Assembly (NCBI GenBank): GCA_017882685.1
Contig: JADGPA010000109.1
Coordinates: 7,865-71,864 of the forward strand
Origin: Propionibacteriaceae bacterium
GTDB taxonomy: Bacteria > Actinomycetota > Actinomycetes > Propionibacteriales > Propionibacteriaceae
Length of the DNA: 64,000 nt
Reading direction: 5' to 3'
Under the pieces are notes generated by a model. That model was not told the DNA's origin. It made no database searches and was given only the letters and a program-made list of their open reading frames with translations. Below are positions 48,889 to 59,813 of the stretch, in pieces. Both the position numbers and the translations under genes were made by a program. Numbering within the stretch: position 1 is the first letter of the stretch; each line of letters starts with the position of its first letter.

Positions 48889-49631
48889 CCGTCCTGGGGC
48901 AGCGGGTGGTCTTCCTGCACGCCCACCCCGACGACGAAACCCTCGCCACCGGGGTGCTGCTGGCCGACCTCGTCCACACCGGCCACCAGGTGGCCGTGGT
49001 CACGGCGACCCGCGGCGAACGGGGTGCGGTCGTGCCCGGTCCGCTGTCGGCGCTCGAAGGGACGCCGGAACTGGTCGAGCACCGGCTCGGTGAACTGGCC
49101 GGGGCGCTGGCAGAGCTGGGTGTCACCGACCACGTGTTTCTCGGGACGCCGCCGGCCCGCGACGGTGACGGGGCCCCGAGGCGCTACACCGACTCCGGCA
49201 TGCGGTGGCTCGACGATGCTGAAACCCTCGCTGGTCCCGGTGGTGACGCCGGACCTGACAGCCTCACGTCCGTGCCGGTGGAGCGGCCCGCTGCCGACCT
49301 GGCGGCCTACCTGCGCCACTACGCCGCGGACACCCTCATCGCCTACGACCGGCACGGCGGCTACGGCCACCCCGACCACGTCGCATGCCACCACATCGCC
49401 CGCGCAGCCGCCGCGCTCAGCGGGACGCCGCTGGTCGAGGTGGTCTCCGAGCCCCTCCTGCCGGTGCCCGGAGCCGAGGAGGTGGCCCTGCCGCGATGGC
49501 TGCCCGCCGTCCAGCAGGCCCTCGGACACTACGCCAGCCAGCTCGCCGTCGAGGGCACAGAGGTCGTCCAGGTCGGCGGCCAGCGACAGCCGATCGTGAC
49601 CACGGTCTGGCTCACCGGTACCGGTGCCTGA
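48885..49631 (+). CDS. PIG-L-family deacetylase (MshB/Mca-like)
   Basis: HAHPDDE, TRGERG, YTDSGM, GGYGHPDH; ATGA overlap with the GT gene. Confidence 0.85.
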   Translation: MTVLGQRVVFLHAHPDDETLATGVLLADLVHTGHQVAVVTATRGERGAVVPGPLSALEGTPELVEHRLGELAGALAELGVTDHVFLGTPPARDGDGAPRRYTDSGMRWLDDAETLAGPGGDAGPDSLTSVPVERPAADLAAYLRHYAADTLIAYDRHGGYGHPDHVACHHIARAAAALSGTPLVEVVSEPLLPVPGAEEVALPRWLPAVQQALGHYASQLAVEGTEVVQVGGQRQPIVTTVWLTGTGA

Positions 49632-49655
49632 GCGGGCACCGCTACGTTGACTGGC

Positions 49656-50966
49656 ATGCCGACAGTTGAGCCGCCGCGGGTCGCGATCGTCGGTGCGGGA
49701 CCGTCGGGCTTGTTCGCAGCGGCAGCGCTGGTCTCCAACCCCGACGTGCGGGTGGACATCTTCGACCGTCTGCCGACCCCGTTCGGGCTGCTGCGCTACG
49801 GCGTCGCCCCCGACCACGCCAGCATCAAGGCCGTCGCCACCACCCTTGCCCGGGTCTTCGAGTCCGAGCGGGTGCGTTTCCTCGGGCTGGTCGAGTTCGG
49901 CAGGGACGTGACAGCCGCCGAGCTGCTCGCCGCCTACGACGCGGTGATCTACGCGGTAGGCGCAGCGGATGACCGGCACCTCGGCATCCCCGGGGAGGAC
50001 CTGCCCGGCAGTCGTTCGGCGCGCCAGTTCGTTGCCTGGTACTCCGGGCACCCGGACGCGGAGCCGCAGCCCATGGCCGGCGTGCGGGACGCCGTCGTCG
50101 TCGGTGTCGGCAACGTCGCTGTCGACGTCGCCCGCATCCTGCTGAAGGAGCCGTCGGCCCTCAGTGTCACCGACATGCCGGACATGGTGCTGGCCGCACT
50201 TCGCCAGGCGGAGGTCGAGCACGTCTGGCTGGTGGGCCGCCGCGGGCCGGAGCACGCCACCTTCACCACCCCCGAACTGCGCGAGCTGCTGGAGACCCCC
50301 GGAATCGGGATCACCCTCACCGGTTGCGACCTGGACGCGATCGACGGCGACGTCCTCGAACGCCACGCCCGCGCCAACGTCGCGGCGATCGCCCGCGCCC
50401 TAGCCGAATCACCGGTCACCGCCGACCGCTGGCTGCACCTGCTGTTCTGGCACCGTCCGACTGCACTGGACGGGGAGGGACGGGTGCAGGCCGCCCGCTT
50501 CGAGCCAACCGCGCCTTTCGCGGAGCCCCTGACCGTGCCCGCCGACCTCGTGCTGCGCTCGATCGGGTACCGCGGGGTGCCATTGCCCGGCGTCCCGTAC
50601 GACGAGGGCCGTATCCCCAACCTGGAGGGCCGCGTGCTCGAACTCGACAGTTCCGCGCGGCCCGGTGAGTACGCAGTGGGCTGGATCAAGCGCGGCCCTG
50701 TGGGCCTGATCGGCAGCAACAAGAAGGACGCGGCGGAGACCGTTGCACACTTGCTGACCGATCTCGCCACCCGGCCGCGCCGCCAACTCGAGGACCTGGA
50801 CGCCACCCTGGCTGCCCGTGGTGTCCACCCCAGCGACCTGGAGGACTGGCGCCGGATCGACGGGGCGGAGATCGCTCGCGGTGGCATCCGGGGCAGCGAA
50901 CGCACGAAGATCGAGGCGTGGCACGACCTGCTCGACCTGGTCCGCCGCGACGCCGGGCCTGCGTAG
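49656..50966 (+). CDS. Ferredoxin--NADP+ reductase (FprA/adrenodoxin reductase-like)
   Basis: GAGPSG, PFGLLRYGVAPDH, GVGNVAVDVAR, RSIGY, GWIKRGPVG. Confidence 0.9.
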   Translation: MPTVEPPRVAIVGAGPSGLFAAAALVSNPDVRVDIFDRLPTPFGLLRYGVAPDHASIKAVATTLARVFESERVRFLGLVEFGRDVTAAELLAAYDAVIYAVGAADDRHLGIPGEDLPGSRSARQFVAWYSGHPDAEPQPMAGVRDAVVVGVGNVAVDVARILLKEPSALSVTDMPDMVLAALRQAEVEHVWLVGRRGPEHATFTTPELRELLETPGIGITLTGCDLDAIDGDVLERHARANVAAIARALAESPVTADRWLHLLFWHRPTALDGEGRVQAARFEPTAPFAEPLTVPADLVLRSIGYRGVPLPGVPYDEGRIPNLEGRVLELDSSARPGEYAVGWIKRGPVGLIGSNKKDAAETVAHLLTDLATRPRRQLEDLDATLAARGVHPSDLEDWRRIDGAEIARGGIRGSERTKIEAWHDLLDLVRRDAGPA

Positions 50967-50976
50967 GGTGGCACCC

Positions 50977-51279
50977 GTGATCAAGCACATCGTGATGTGG
51001 AACTTCGCTGACGAGGCAGAGGGCGCAGACAAGGCCACCAACCTGCAGAGGGTGCGCGAAGCCCTGCTCGGCCTCACCGAGGTCGTCCCGGGGATCATCA
51101 CCCTGGAGACGGTGATCCCGACCGATTCCTTCGAGCACAGCTACGACCTCGTGCTGTACTGCGAATTCGAGTCCCCGGAGGCGCTGAAAGCCTACGCCGT
51201 GCACCCCGACCACGTCGCGGTCGCCGCGGTGATCGGCAAGCTGCGCACCGCCCGGGTGTGCGTGGACTACGAGGCCTGA
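50977..51279 (+). CDS. Dabb (stress-responsive A/B barrel) protein
   Basis: IKHIVMW, YDLVL, YAVHPDH, CVDYE. Confidence 0.85.
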   Translation: MIKHIVMWNFADEAEGADKATNLQRVREALLGLTEVVPGIITLETVIPTDSFEHSYDLVLYCEFESPEALKAYAVHPDHVAVAAVIGKLRTARVCVDYEA

Positions 51280-51968
51280 GGCCCGAAGATCAGCTGCTCG
51301 CCGGCGAGCACGACGCCCTCGAAGGCGGACGCGAAGTCGAGCCCGTCGTGGCCGAGGTAGCCGAACAGTTCACTGAGCAGTGAGCCCATCACCAGCTGCC
51401 ACGCGCTGATGCCGGCCAGTGCCGTAGGCGCGGTGAGCACGACGCCCGCCTGTGCGAGAAACGCCAGGGCAGGTGCAGCACCGGTGGCAGCTGCGGCGTC
51501 GAAACGATCGCCGTGCGCGGCGTGCACCCCGGCGGCCTCTGCGTCCGCCCCCAGGCGCGCGAGCATCAGCAGCACCCGGGTGCCCGGCTCCTCCGTGCGT
51601 TCCGGCGGTGCGTGGTAGCCCGGCACCGGGGTGCCGAAGATCAGGGCGAATTCCTGCGGGTGCGCCAGCGACCACTCCCGGATGCCGTGTGCGGTCGCCC
51701 GCCAGCGGCCGCGTAGGTCTGCGGCGTCCACACGGTCATGCGCGGCACGCACGTGGTCGGCGAGGTCACCATGGGAGTGCACGATCAGCAGGGTGAGCAA
51801 CTCGTCGCGGTTGGCCGCGTACCGGTACAGCCCGCTCGGCACCATGCCGAGGTCCCGCGCCAGCCCGCGGACGGTGAGGCCGGTCGCGCCGCCGTCAGCC
51901 AGCAGCCGCAGGCCGCCGTCGAGGATGGCCCGCCCGGTGGTCTCCCTGTGTTCGGCACGCTTGCCCAT
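51267..51968 (-). CDS. TetR/AcrR regulator (WHG-type C-terminus)
   Basis: LTVRGLARDLGMVPSGLYRY HTH, LIFGTPVPGY. Confidence 0.9.
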   Translation of the reverse strand: MGKRAEHRETTGRAILDGGLRLLADGGATGLTVRGLARDLGMVPSGLYRYAANRDELLTLLIVHSHGDLADHVRAAHDRVDAADLRGRWRATAHGIREWSLAHPQEFALIFGTPVPGYHAPPERTEEPGTRVLLMLARLGADAEAAGVHAAHGDRFDAAAATGAAPALAFLAQAGVVLTAPTALAGISAWQLVMGSLLSELFGYLGHDGLDFASAFEGVVLAGEQLIFGPQAS

Positions 51969-51987
51969 CGTGACCCTTTCGCGAAGT

Positions 51988-52050
51988 GTGAACAGTGTTC
52001 TTGCATCCTGCCACAAACAGTGCTTGGCTTGAAGCGAGAACAACGTTCAC
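51988..52050. promoter_or_regulatory. Paired TetR operator sites between the divergent tetR and epimerase genes
   Basis: GTGAACAGTGTTCTTGC (51988-52004) and the inverted GCGAGAACAACGTTCAC (52034-52050), each with a GAAC-N3/4-GTTC core. Confidence 0.65.
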
Positions 52051-52064
52051 GAAAGGAAGTCGTT

Positions 52065-53003
52065 ATGGGCACGCATGTGGTGATCGGGGCCGGCGGGATC
52101 GGGAGGGCGACAGCACGAAAGCTTCTCGAGGCCGGCCAGGAGGTCGTCGTCCTCTCGCGCTCCGGGCCGAAGGACCTGCCCGACGGCGCGGAGGGCCGCG
52201 CCGTCGACATCACCGACACGGCGGCACTGGACGCTGCCGTCGCCGGCGCCACCGCCATCGTCAACGCCGTGAATCCGAGCCGCTACTGGCGCTGGGCGCA
52301 GGAGTGGCCGGTGATGGCAGCCGCCATCCTCGGCGCTGCAGAGCGGTCCGGCGCCGGCCTCGTCACGATCTCGAACCTCTACGGCTACGGCCGGGTGGAC
52401 GCCCCGATGACGGAGGACACGCCGCTGCGTCCCAACGGCACCAAGGGCGAGATCAGGGTGCAGATGTGGCGCGACGCGCTCCGTGCCAACGAGGAGGGAC
52501 GCTGCCGGGTCACCGAGGTGCGGCCAGCGGACTATTTCGGCCCTGGAGCCGGTGAGGGCACGAGCGTGCTGAACACCTACGTCGTCGGGCCGGCGTCAGC
52601 CGGCAAGCCGGTGAGCATGCCGATCGGTGGACTCGACGTCCCCCACTCCTGGAGCTATCTGGGCGACATCGGTGCGCTGGCTGCGGCGCTGGCCACCGGC
52701 GACGGCTGGGGACGGGCCTGGCACGTGCCCACCCTGCCGGCCCGCACCGTCCGGCAGGTCGCGACAGATGTGAGCGCGATCGCAGGCGTCCAGACGCCGA
52801 GGATCTCTGCGCTGCCGCGCGTCGTGGTCAGCGTCGGCGGCTGGTTCTCGCCGATGCTGCGTGAACTCTGGGAGACCCGCCACCAGTTCGAGCGTCCGTT
52901 CGTGCTGGACTCCACCGCAGCGCAGGAGAGGTTCGGGCTGGAGCCCACCCCGTGGGAGACCCAACTGCAGGAGACGATCGGCTGGTTCGGCGCCCGATCC
53001 TGA
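52065..53003 (+). CDS. NAD-dependent epimerase/dehydratase (atypical SDR)
   Basis: GAGGIG, NLYGYG, KGEIR, DYFGPG; AAGGAAG RBS. Confidence 0.87.
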   Translation: MGTHVVIGAGGIGRATARKLLEAGQEVVVLSRSGPKDLPDGAEGRAVDITDTAALDAAVAGATAIVNAVNPSRYWRWAQEWPVMAAAILGAAERSGAGLVTISNLYGYGRVDAPMTEDTPLRPNGTKGEIRVQMWRDALRANEEGRCRVTEVRPADYFGPGAGEGTSVLNTYVVGPASAGKPVSMPIGGLDVPHSWSYLGDIGALAAALATGDGWGRAWHVPTLPARTVRQVATDVSAIAGVQTPRISALPRVVVSVGGWFSPMLRELWETRHQFERPFVLDSTAAQERFGLEPTPWETQLQETIGWFGARS

Positions 53004-53050
53004 GGGGCGCGACTAAGCTCGCCCAATGGCTGCGGGAAAGGACCAACAAC

Positions 53051-54025
<975 letters not shown>

Positions 54026-55104
54026 CCCGTCAGGACGCGGTGCACCAGCGTCGACATCACGGTGAGGAACGGCCAGGTGAAGGCGGTCACGGTCGTGCTG
54101 ATGGCCGTAGCCACCGTGATGGCCGGCATCAGCTGCGACACAAGGGTCACCAGCCCGCCGATGCCGCCGGCCGCCAGCGAGGGCGTGACCAGCACGCTCG
54201 CCACCTGACCGCCGAGCCCCACGACGGCGCCCTCAGCGAGCCCGACGACGACCAGTGCTCCGAACACCGCCCCGGCGATGCCCCGGGTCAACTGCCACGA
54301 GCGCCTCACCGGAGCGAAGCCGGGCAGCCTTTCCAGGCTGGCTGCCGGCAGGAGCAGGAACAGCTTCACCCGCAGCCACCAGATGACCGCGACAGCGGCT
54401 GCACCTGCGAGCGCCACCCCGCCCATCAGGGCAAGGATCCCCGAGATCGCAGCCGTCCGGTCGGCGCGGGCAGACATCCCGACCGTGCGCAGGGCGTTCA
54501 GCACGACGGTGAGGCCGACGGCGACGACCAGCCAGGCGCCTGCGCTCAGCACCAGGCAGGGCAGCAGCAGCCGGGGGACGACGGTCGTGGTCTCCCGCAG
54601 GGCTGCGCGCAGGTCGGCCCGCCGTCCGTCCGCGACCTGGACCGCAACCTGGGCGACCATCGCACCGCACTGGACGGTGACAAGCATCGACGCGAGGCCG
54701 GCCGCGCCCGTGGCCAGCAAGGCCCCGGACGCGAGCCCGGCAGGATTGAACGACACCAGGGCTGTCAGCAGCGGGGTGGCGAACAGCCAGACCAGCGCCA
54801 GCCCCGTCCCGCCCGCGACAACGGCGGACACGGCCCCCAATGACAGCAACGGCCTGAAGCAGCGCCGGTAGAGCGCCGACGTGTCGCCGAACAGCCGGGA
54901 GAACTCGAGGCGGTTCACCGCGACCATCGGGGGCAGGCTCATGCCGGTGATGCTACGTGGAGGCCCCGGAAACCTTTGAATCCGATAACGGTTGTTCACC
55001 TCCGTCCACGCGTTGTCAGGAGCCGCGCCGCGCCGGCCCTACCATTGTTCGGGGAGCGAGCGCGTCCCGGCCGGACGCAACGGCTGCAGTAGATGGAGGA
55101 ATTC

Positions 55105-56274
55105 ATGGAAGCGGTGAGTCGTCGTACGGCTTTCGTCGGAGCTGTTGGCGTTGCTGGCGCAACCCTGGCGGGATGTTCGGCAACCAATGCCCCTGCCCAG
55201 ACCAAGGCACCGGCAACCAGTGGCGCCCCCGCCGCCAGCCAGTCGGCAGCGACCGCGCCGGTGGACACCACCCCGCGCTGGCCGCTGACCGGCAGGGTGC
55301 TCAAGAACGCCGACGACGCCAAGCACATCGCTGTCGCGGTGAAGGTGCCCGACAACAAGGGCGAACACCCCCAGATGGGCCTCGACAAGGCCGACATCGT
55401 CTACGTCCAGATGGACGGTTACCCGGATGTCGTCGGCAAGACCAGCACCCGCCTCGTACCGATCTTCCACTCCCAGTTCGCCGACACCGTCAACCCGGTG
55501 CGGTCGATCCGTCCGGTCGACATCCCCATGCTCAGCCCGATCGGGGCGATCATCGGCAACACCGGCGCCTTCCCGTGGGTGCTCGGCTACGCCAAGGAGT
55601 TCACGCGGTACATCGTGCCGATGATGTCCTACATGAACGCCAAGAAGGGCGCCCCAGGCGCCTACGGCATCCTCGCCAGCCGCGTCCGCACGCTGAACGG
55701 CATCACCTACTACGACCGCGCCGTCTCGTGCCACCCGAAGGTGCTGGCCAAGGCAACCAAGAAGTTCCAGGACGGGCCGAAGCAGATGTACTTCCCGTGG
55801 GCTGCCAGCGATGAAGAGGTGAGCACCAACGTCTCCGGCAAGGCCGCTGCCGTCGTGAGCGTCCCCTGGAAGAAGGGGAACTCCTACAACATGACCTACA
55901 CGTGGAGCGCGAAGGCCAAGAAGTACCTGCGCTCGATGCCGTGGGGCCCGCACGTGCTCGCCGGCGGGACGCGGGTCTCGTGCGACAACGTGCTGGTGAT
56001 CCGGGCCAAGCAGATCTTCGGCGTGATCTACGCCGACGGTCACATCTCGACCGAGTCCGGCCACCACTTCGAGCCCATCCACGAGATCATCAACAACAAG
56101 GGCACCTTCTACTACGCCCACGCCGGCAAGTACGTCACCGGCAACTGGACCAAGGGCGCGGTGAACGAGGTCTTCCAGTTCACCCTTGCCGACGGAAGCC
56201 CCCTGAAGATGGCCCCGGGTCAGACCTACGTCGAGCTGCCCAACCAGAACGCGAAGGTCCAGATCAAGGAGTGA
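55105..56274 (+). CDS. DUF3048-family (YerB-like) lipoprotein
   Basis: SRR...LAGC Tat-like signal with lipobox, WPLTG, GLDKADIVY, PVRSIR, PGQTYVE; GGAGG RBS. Confidence 0.8.
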   Translation: MEAVSRRTAFVGAVGVAGATLAGCSATNAPAQTKAPATSGAPAASQSAATAPVDTTPRWPLTGRVLKNADDAKHIAVAVKVPDNKGEHPQMGLDKADIVYVQMDGYPDVVGKTSTRLVPIFHSQFADTVNPVRSIRPVDIPMLSPIGAIIGNTGAFPWVLGYAKEFTRYIVPMMSYMNAKKGAPGAYGILASRVRTLNGITYYDRAVSCHPKVLAKATKKFQDGPKQMYFPWAASDEEVSTNVSGKAAAVVSVPWKKGNSYNMTYTWSAKAKKYLRSMPWGPHVLAGGTRVSCDNVLVIRAKQIFGVIYADGHISTESGHHFEPIHEIINNKGTFYYAHAGKYVTGNWTKGAVNEVFQFTLADGSPLKMAPGQTYVELPNQNAKVQIKE

Positions 56275-56349
56275 CGCCGGGCCCGATGCGGGCGGCCGGG
56301 GGGTAACCCTGCGGTGTGCAGTGTCGGCGCGTCGTGAGAACATCGGCCA

Positions 56350-58152
56350 ATGCGGCCATTGATCAGGATCCTCGGCGTGGCCAGGGAATTGCTCCCTGCC
56401 TACGCGGCCATCGTCGCCTCCGGCGTGCTCGTCGCTGCGACCGGCCTGGCCGTGCCGTTCATCATCAAGTCGGCAACCGACGAGGTGGTGGCCGGCCTCC
56501 AGGGCTCGGGCGGCGGCGTCCCCGCAGTGCTATGGCTGGCCTTCCTGCTACTGCTGGTCGACGTGGCGAACACGCTGATCAGCAACGTCGGCGGCTATCT
56601 CGGTGACGTGATGGCCATTCGGCTGCGCTCGATCCTTTCGCGCAACTACTTCGAGAAGCTGCTGCGGCTGCCGCAGCGCTACTTCGACAACGAACTCACC
56701 GGCACGATCATCTCCCGGCTGCAGCGTTCGATCACCGAGACCACCGGCTTCCTGAACATGTTCGCCAACAACTTCCTGCCCATGCTGCTGAGCGTCTTCG
56801 CCTCACTGGTGATCATCGGCTGGTACTCGTGGTGGCTGGCGCTGCTGATGCTGGCGATGTACCCGCTGTTCACCTGGCTGACTGCGCTCACGTCCAGGCG
56901 GTGGCAGAAGCTGGAGAAGGCCAAGAACCTCGAGTTCGACATCGCCGGTGGCCGGTTCGCAGAGGTGGTAGGACAGATCCGGGTGGTGAAGAGCTTCGTC
57001 GCCGAGCCGCGCGAACTCGCCCACTTCAACGGGCGCTACGACACCACCATCGGCATCACGCGGGAACAGTCGGCCTACTGGCACAAGATGGACGTCGCCC
57101 GGCGGGGCGCGCTCAACCTGATCTTCTTCGGCATCTACGCGATCATCTTCACCTCGACGATTTCCGGCGCCTTCACCCTCGGCGTGATGGTGCTGCTGAT
57201 CCAGTTGGTGAACATGGCCCGCCAGCCGGTGCAGGGCATGAGCTTCCTCGTCGACTCCTCGCAGCGGGCGATCACCGGCTGCATCGATTACTTCAAGGTG
57301 ATGGACGAGCCCGCCGAGTTCGAAGGCATCCCGTCCGCTGACGCCGAGGCCGGCACCCTGCAGACTCCCCTCGGGCAACCCGTGGTCAGCTTCACCGACG
57401 CCCGCTTCGCCTACGGCGACGACAACGCCGAGGTGCTGCGCGGGCTCAGCTTCGACGTGCGCAGGGGCGAGCGCGTGGCGTTCGTCGGCGAGAGCGGGGT
57501 GGGCAAGACCACCCTGACCAGCCTGCTGCTGGGGCTCTACCACCTCACCAGTGGCACGCTGCGGGTGGACGGCCGGGACCTGACCGAGGTGCCGCTGGCG
57601 CAGCTGCGCTCCCAGGTGGGAGTGGTGTTCCAGGACCCGGCCCTGTTCTCCGGCACGATCAGGGAGAACATCGCCTACGGTCGTCCGGACGCGACGGAGG
57701 AGGAGATCACCACCGCTGCCCGGCGCTCGCACGCGCACGGGTTCATCATCGCCCTGCCCGGCGGCTACGACGCAGAGATCGGCGAGCGCGGCGTCAAGCT
57801 GTCCGGCGGCCAGAAGCAGCGGATCGCGGTTGCGCGGGCGATGCTGAAGGACGCCCCGATCCTCGTGCTCGACGAGGCCACCAGCTCGCTGGACTCCAAG
57901 GCCGAGCGCCTGGTCCAGGAAGGGTTGGAGGAGCTGATGGCCGACCGGACGACGCTCATCATCGCCCACCGGCTCTCCACCATCAGCTCTGTCGACCGCA
58001 TCATCACGATGCGCGACGGCCTCATCGACGAGATCGGCACCCCGGCGGATCTCGCCCTCACCGATGGTATCTACGCCGAACTCCTCAGTCTCCAGGCGTC
58101 CGCCTCGAAGGCCGACCGCAAGCGCCTGCAGCGCTACGAGATCCTGGGATGA
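56350..58152 (+). CDS. ABC exporter, fused TMD-NBD
   Basis: Six-TM N-half, GESGVGKT, LSGGQKQR, LDEATSSLD, AHRLST. Confidence 0.93.
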   Translation: MRPLIRILGVARELLPAYAAIVASGVLVAATGLAVPFIIKSATDEVVAGLQGSGGGVPAVLWLAFLLLLVDVANTLISNVGGYLGDVMAIRLRSILSRNYFEKLLRLPQRYFDNELTGTIISRLQRSITETTGFLNMFANNFLPMLLSVFASLVIIGWYSWWLALLMLAMYPLFTWLTALTSRRWQKLEKAKNLEFDIAGGRFAEVVGQIRVVKSFVAEPRELAHFNGRYDTTIGITREQSAYWHKMDVARRGALNLIFFGIYAIIFTSTISGAFTLGVMVLLIQLVNMARQPVQGMSFLVDSSQRAITGCIDYFKVMDEPAEFEGIPSADAEAGTLQTPLGQPVVSFTDARFAYGDDNAEVLRGLSFDVRRGERVAFVGESGVGKTTLTSLLLGLYHLTSGTLRVDGRDLTEVPLAQLRSQVGVVFQDPALFSGTIRENIAYGRPDATEEEITTAARRSHAHGFIIALPGGYDAEIGERGVKLSGGQKQRIAVARAMLKDAPILVLDEATSSLDSKAERLVQEGLEELMADRTTLIIAHRLSTISSVDRIITMRDGLIDEIGTPADLALTDGIYAELLSLQASASKADRKRLQRYEILG

Positions 58153-58488
58153 GCAGCCTCCGTCCGCTGCACATCGGGGACGTGGAGCGCCTCGCGGAGC
58201 TGGTGGTGCGCAGCCGGGAGTTCCTCGCCCCCTGGGAGCCGGTGCGGCCCGAGAGCTACTTCAGACTCGCCGGCCAGCGGGAGGCGGTTGCGCAGTCACT
58301 GAAGTCGGCGGCCAGCGGCCTGATGGAGCCCTTCGTGATCGTCGACGACGACGGCGAGGTCGCCGGCTGGATCAACCCGAACAACATCGTCCGCGGGCCG
58401 TTCCAGTCGGCCAGCATCGGCCCCGCGCTACCTCGCCATCGCCGGCGTGTACTCCGACCACCTCCTCTTCCAGCGCCTCGCGGACTGA
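58149..58488 (+). pseudogene. RimJ-type GNAT acetyltransferase with internal deletion and frameshift near 58420
   Basis: SREFLAPWEP...NNIVRGPFQSASIG, then another frame gives APRYLAIAGVYSDHLLFQRLAD*; the central acetyl-CoA-binding segment is missing. Confidence 0.8.
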
Positions 58489-58604
58489 GTTGGGGACGGT
58501 TCCCAACCCGTCCCCGATTCGGTCCGGCTTCCGCATCCTTTGTTGCCACCGGGCTGGCTGTGCGATGCTCGGGGCAAACCAATGGCGGAGCAACTGGAGT
58601 GCAG

Positions 58605-59762
58605 ATGAGTGCCACGTCGGACCCCGAGGGCCCGTCCGAGCCCAGGAAGCGGATCCTGTTCCTCTTCTCCGACACCGGCGGCGGTCATCGCTCAGCCACA
58701 GAGGCCATGATCGAGGCCCTCGACCTGGAGTTCCCCGGGCAGTTCGAGTCGACCAAGGTCGACTTCTTCCGCGAGTACTACCCGAAGCCGCTGAAGTTCG
58801 CGCCCGAGATCTACCCGCCGATCTCGCGGGTGCCGCAGGCGTGGGGCCTGTCTTTCAAGGTCTCCGACGGCAAGGGACGCACCAAGGCTGTCAGCGAGCT
58901 GGCCTACCCCTACCTGCGACGCGCTGCGCAACGGCTGGTCAAGGAGAACCCTGCCGACCTGATCGTCTCGGTGCACCCGCTGGTGAACACCACCCTGATG
59001 CGCGCCATGCGCAAGTCGCCGCGCCCCTACATCACGGTGGTCACCGACCTCGTCTCCACGCACGCTTTCTGGTTCGACCGCCGCGCCGACCTTGTGGTGG
59101 TGGCCACAGAGGAGGCCAAGGCGAAGGCCATCGACTACGGCATTCCCGAGGGCAACCTGCGCGTGATCGGACTGCCGGTCGCCGACCGGTTCAGCGAGCA
59201 GCTGCTCGACCGGGACGCCTGGCGCGAGAAGCAGGGCTGGCGCACCGACCTTCCGGTGATCCTGCTGGTGGGCGGTGGGGACGGTATGGGCCCGCTGAAG
59301 CGCGTGGCCAAGGCCATCAACGAGGCCCGGCTGAGCGCCACCCTCGTGGTGATCTGCGGCCGCAACACCGAGCTGCGCGAGGACCTCGAACTCCTCGACT
59401 GGCACATGCCGGTGCACCTGTACGGCTTCACCTCCAACATGCCGCAATTCATGGCCGCTTCGGACATGCTCGTGACCAAGGCCGGGCCCGGCACGATCAG
59501 TGAGGCCTTCATCAGCGGGCTCCCGCTGGTGCTGTACGCGCGCCTTCCCGGCCAGGAGGACGGCAACGTCAGCTACGTCGTGAAGGAGCGGGCCGGGGTG
59601 TGGGCGCCGCGTCCCCGTGAGGTCGTTGAAGCAGTCAAGCGATGGGTCGAAGACCCGGGCGAACGGGCACGCGCAGCAGCTGCCAGCCGCAGGGTCGCCA
59701 AGCCGAAGGCCGCCCGGTCGATCGCCCGGCTGATCGCCGACCAGGTCGGCGTGGGCGACTGA
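58605..59762 (+). CDS. MGDG synthase-family glycosyltransferase (GT28)
   Basis: SDTGGGH, SVHP, VVTD, GGGDGMG, TKAGPGTISEA, PGQEDGN; GGAG RBS. Confidence 0.9.
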   Translation: MSATSDPEGPSEPRKRILFLFSDTGGGHRSATEAMIEALDLEFPGQFESTKVDFFREYYPKPLKFAPEIYPPISRVPQAWGLSFKVSDGKGRTKAVSELAYPYLRRAAQRLVKENPADLIVSVHPLVNTTLMRAMRKSPRPYITVVTDLVSTHAFWFDRRADLVVVATEEAKAKAIDYGIPEGNLRVIGLPVADRFSEQLLDRDAWREKQGWRTDLPVILLVGGGDGMGPLKRVAKAINEARLSATLVVICGRNTELREDLELLDWHMPVHLYGFTSNMPQFMAASDMLVTKAGPGTISEAFISGLPLVLYARLPGQEDGNVSYVVKERAGVWAPRPREVVEAVKRWVEDPGERARAAAASRRVAKPKAARSIARLIADQVGVGD

Positions 59763-59813
59763 CGTTCGCGGGCACCGGCTACCCTCGAAGGTCGGAGCCT
59801 ATTAGGAGAGACT

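Noticed and set aside
58149-59762. 537-aa ORF as a genuine evolved GNAT-glycosyltransferase fusion
   Set aside because: The GNAT half lacks its core, its true C-terminus is in another frame, and the GT has its own RBS and start. Treated as a pseudogene plus a gene.
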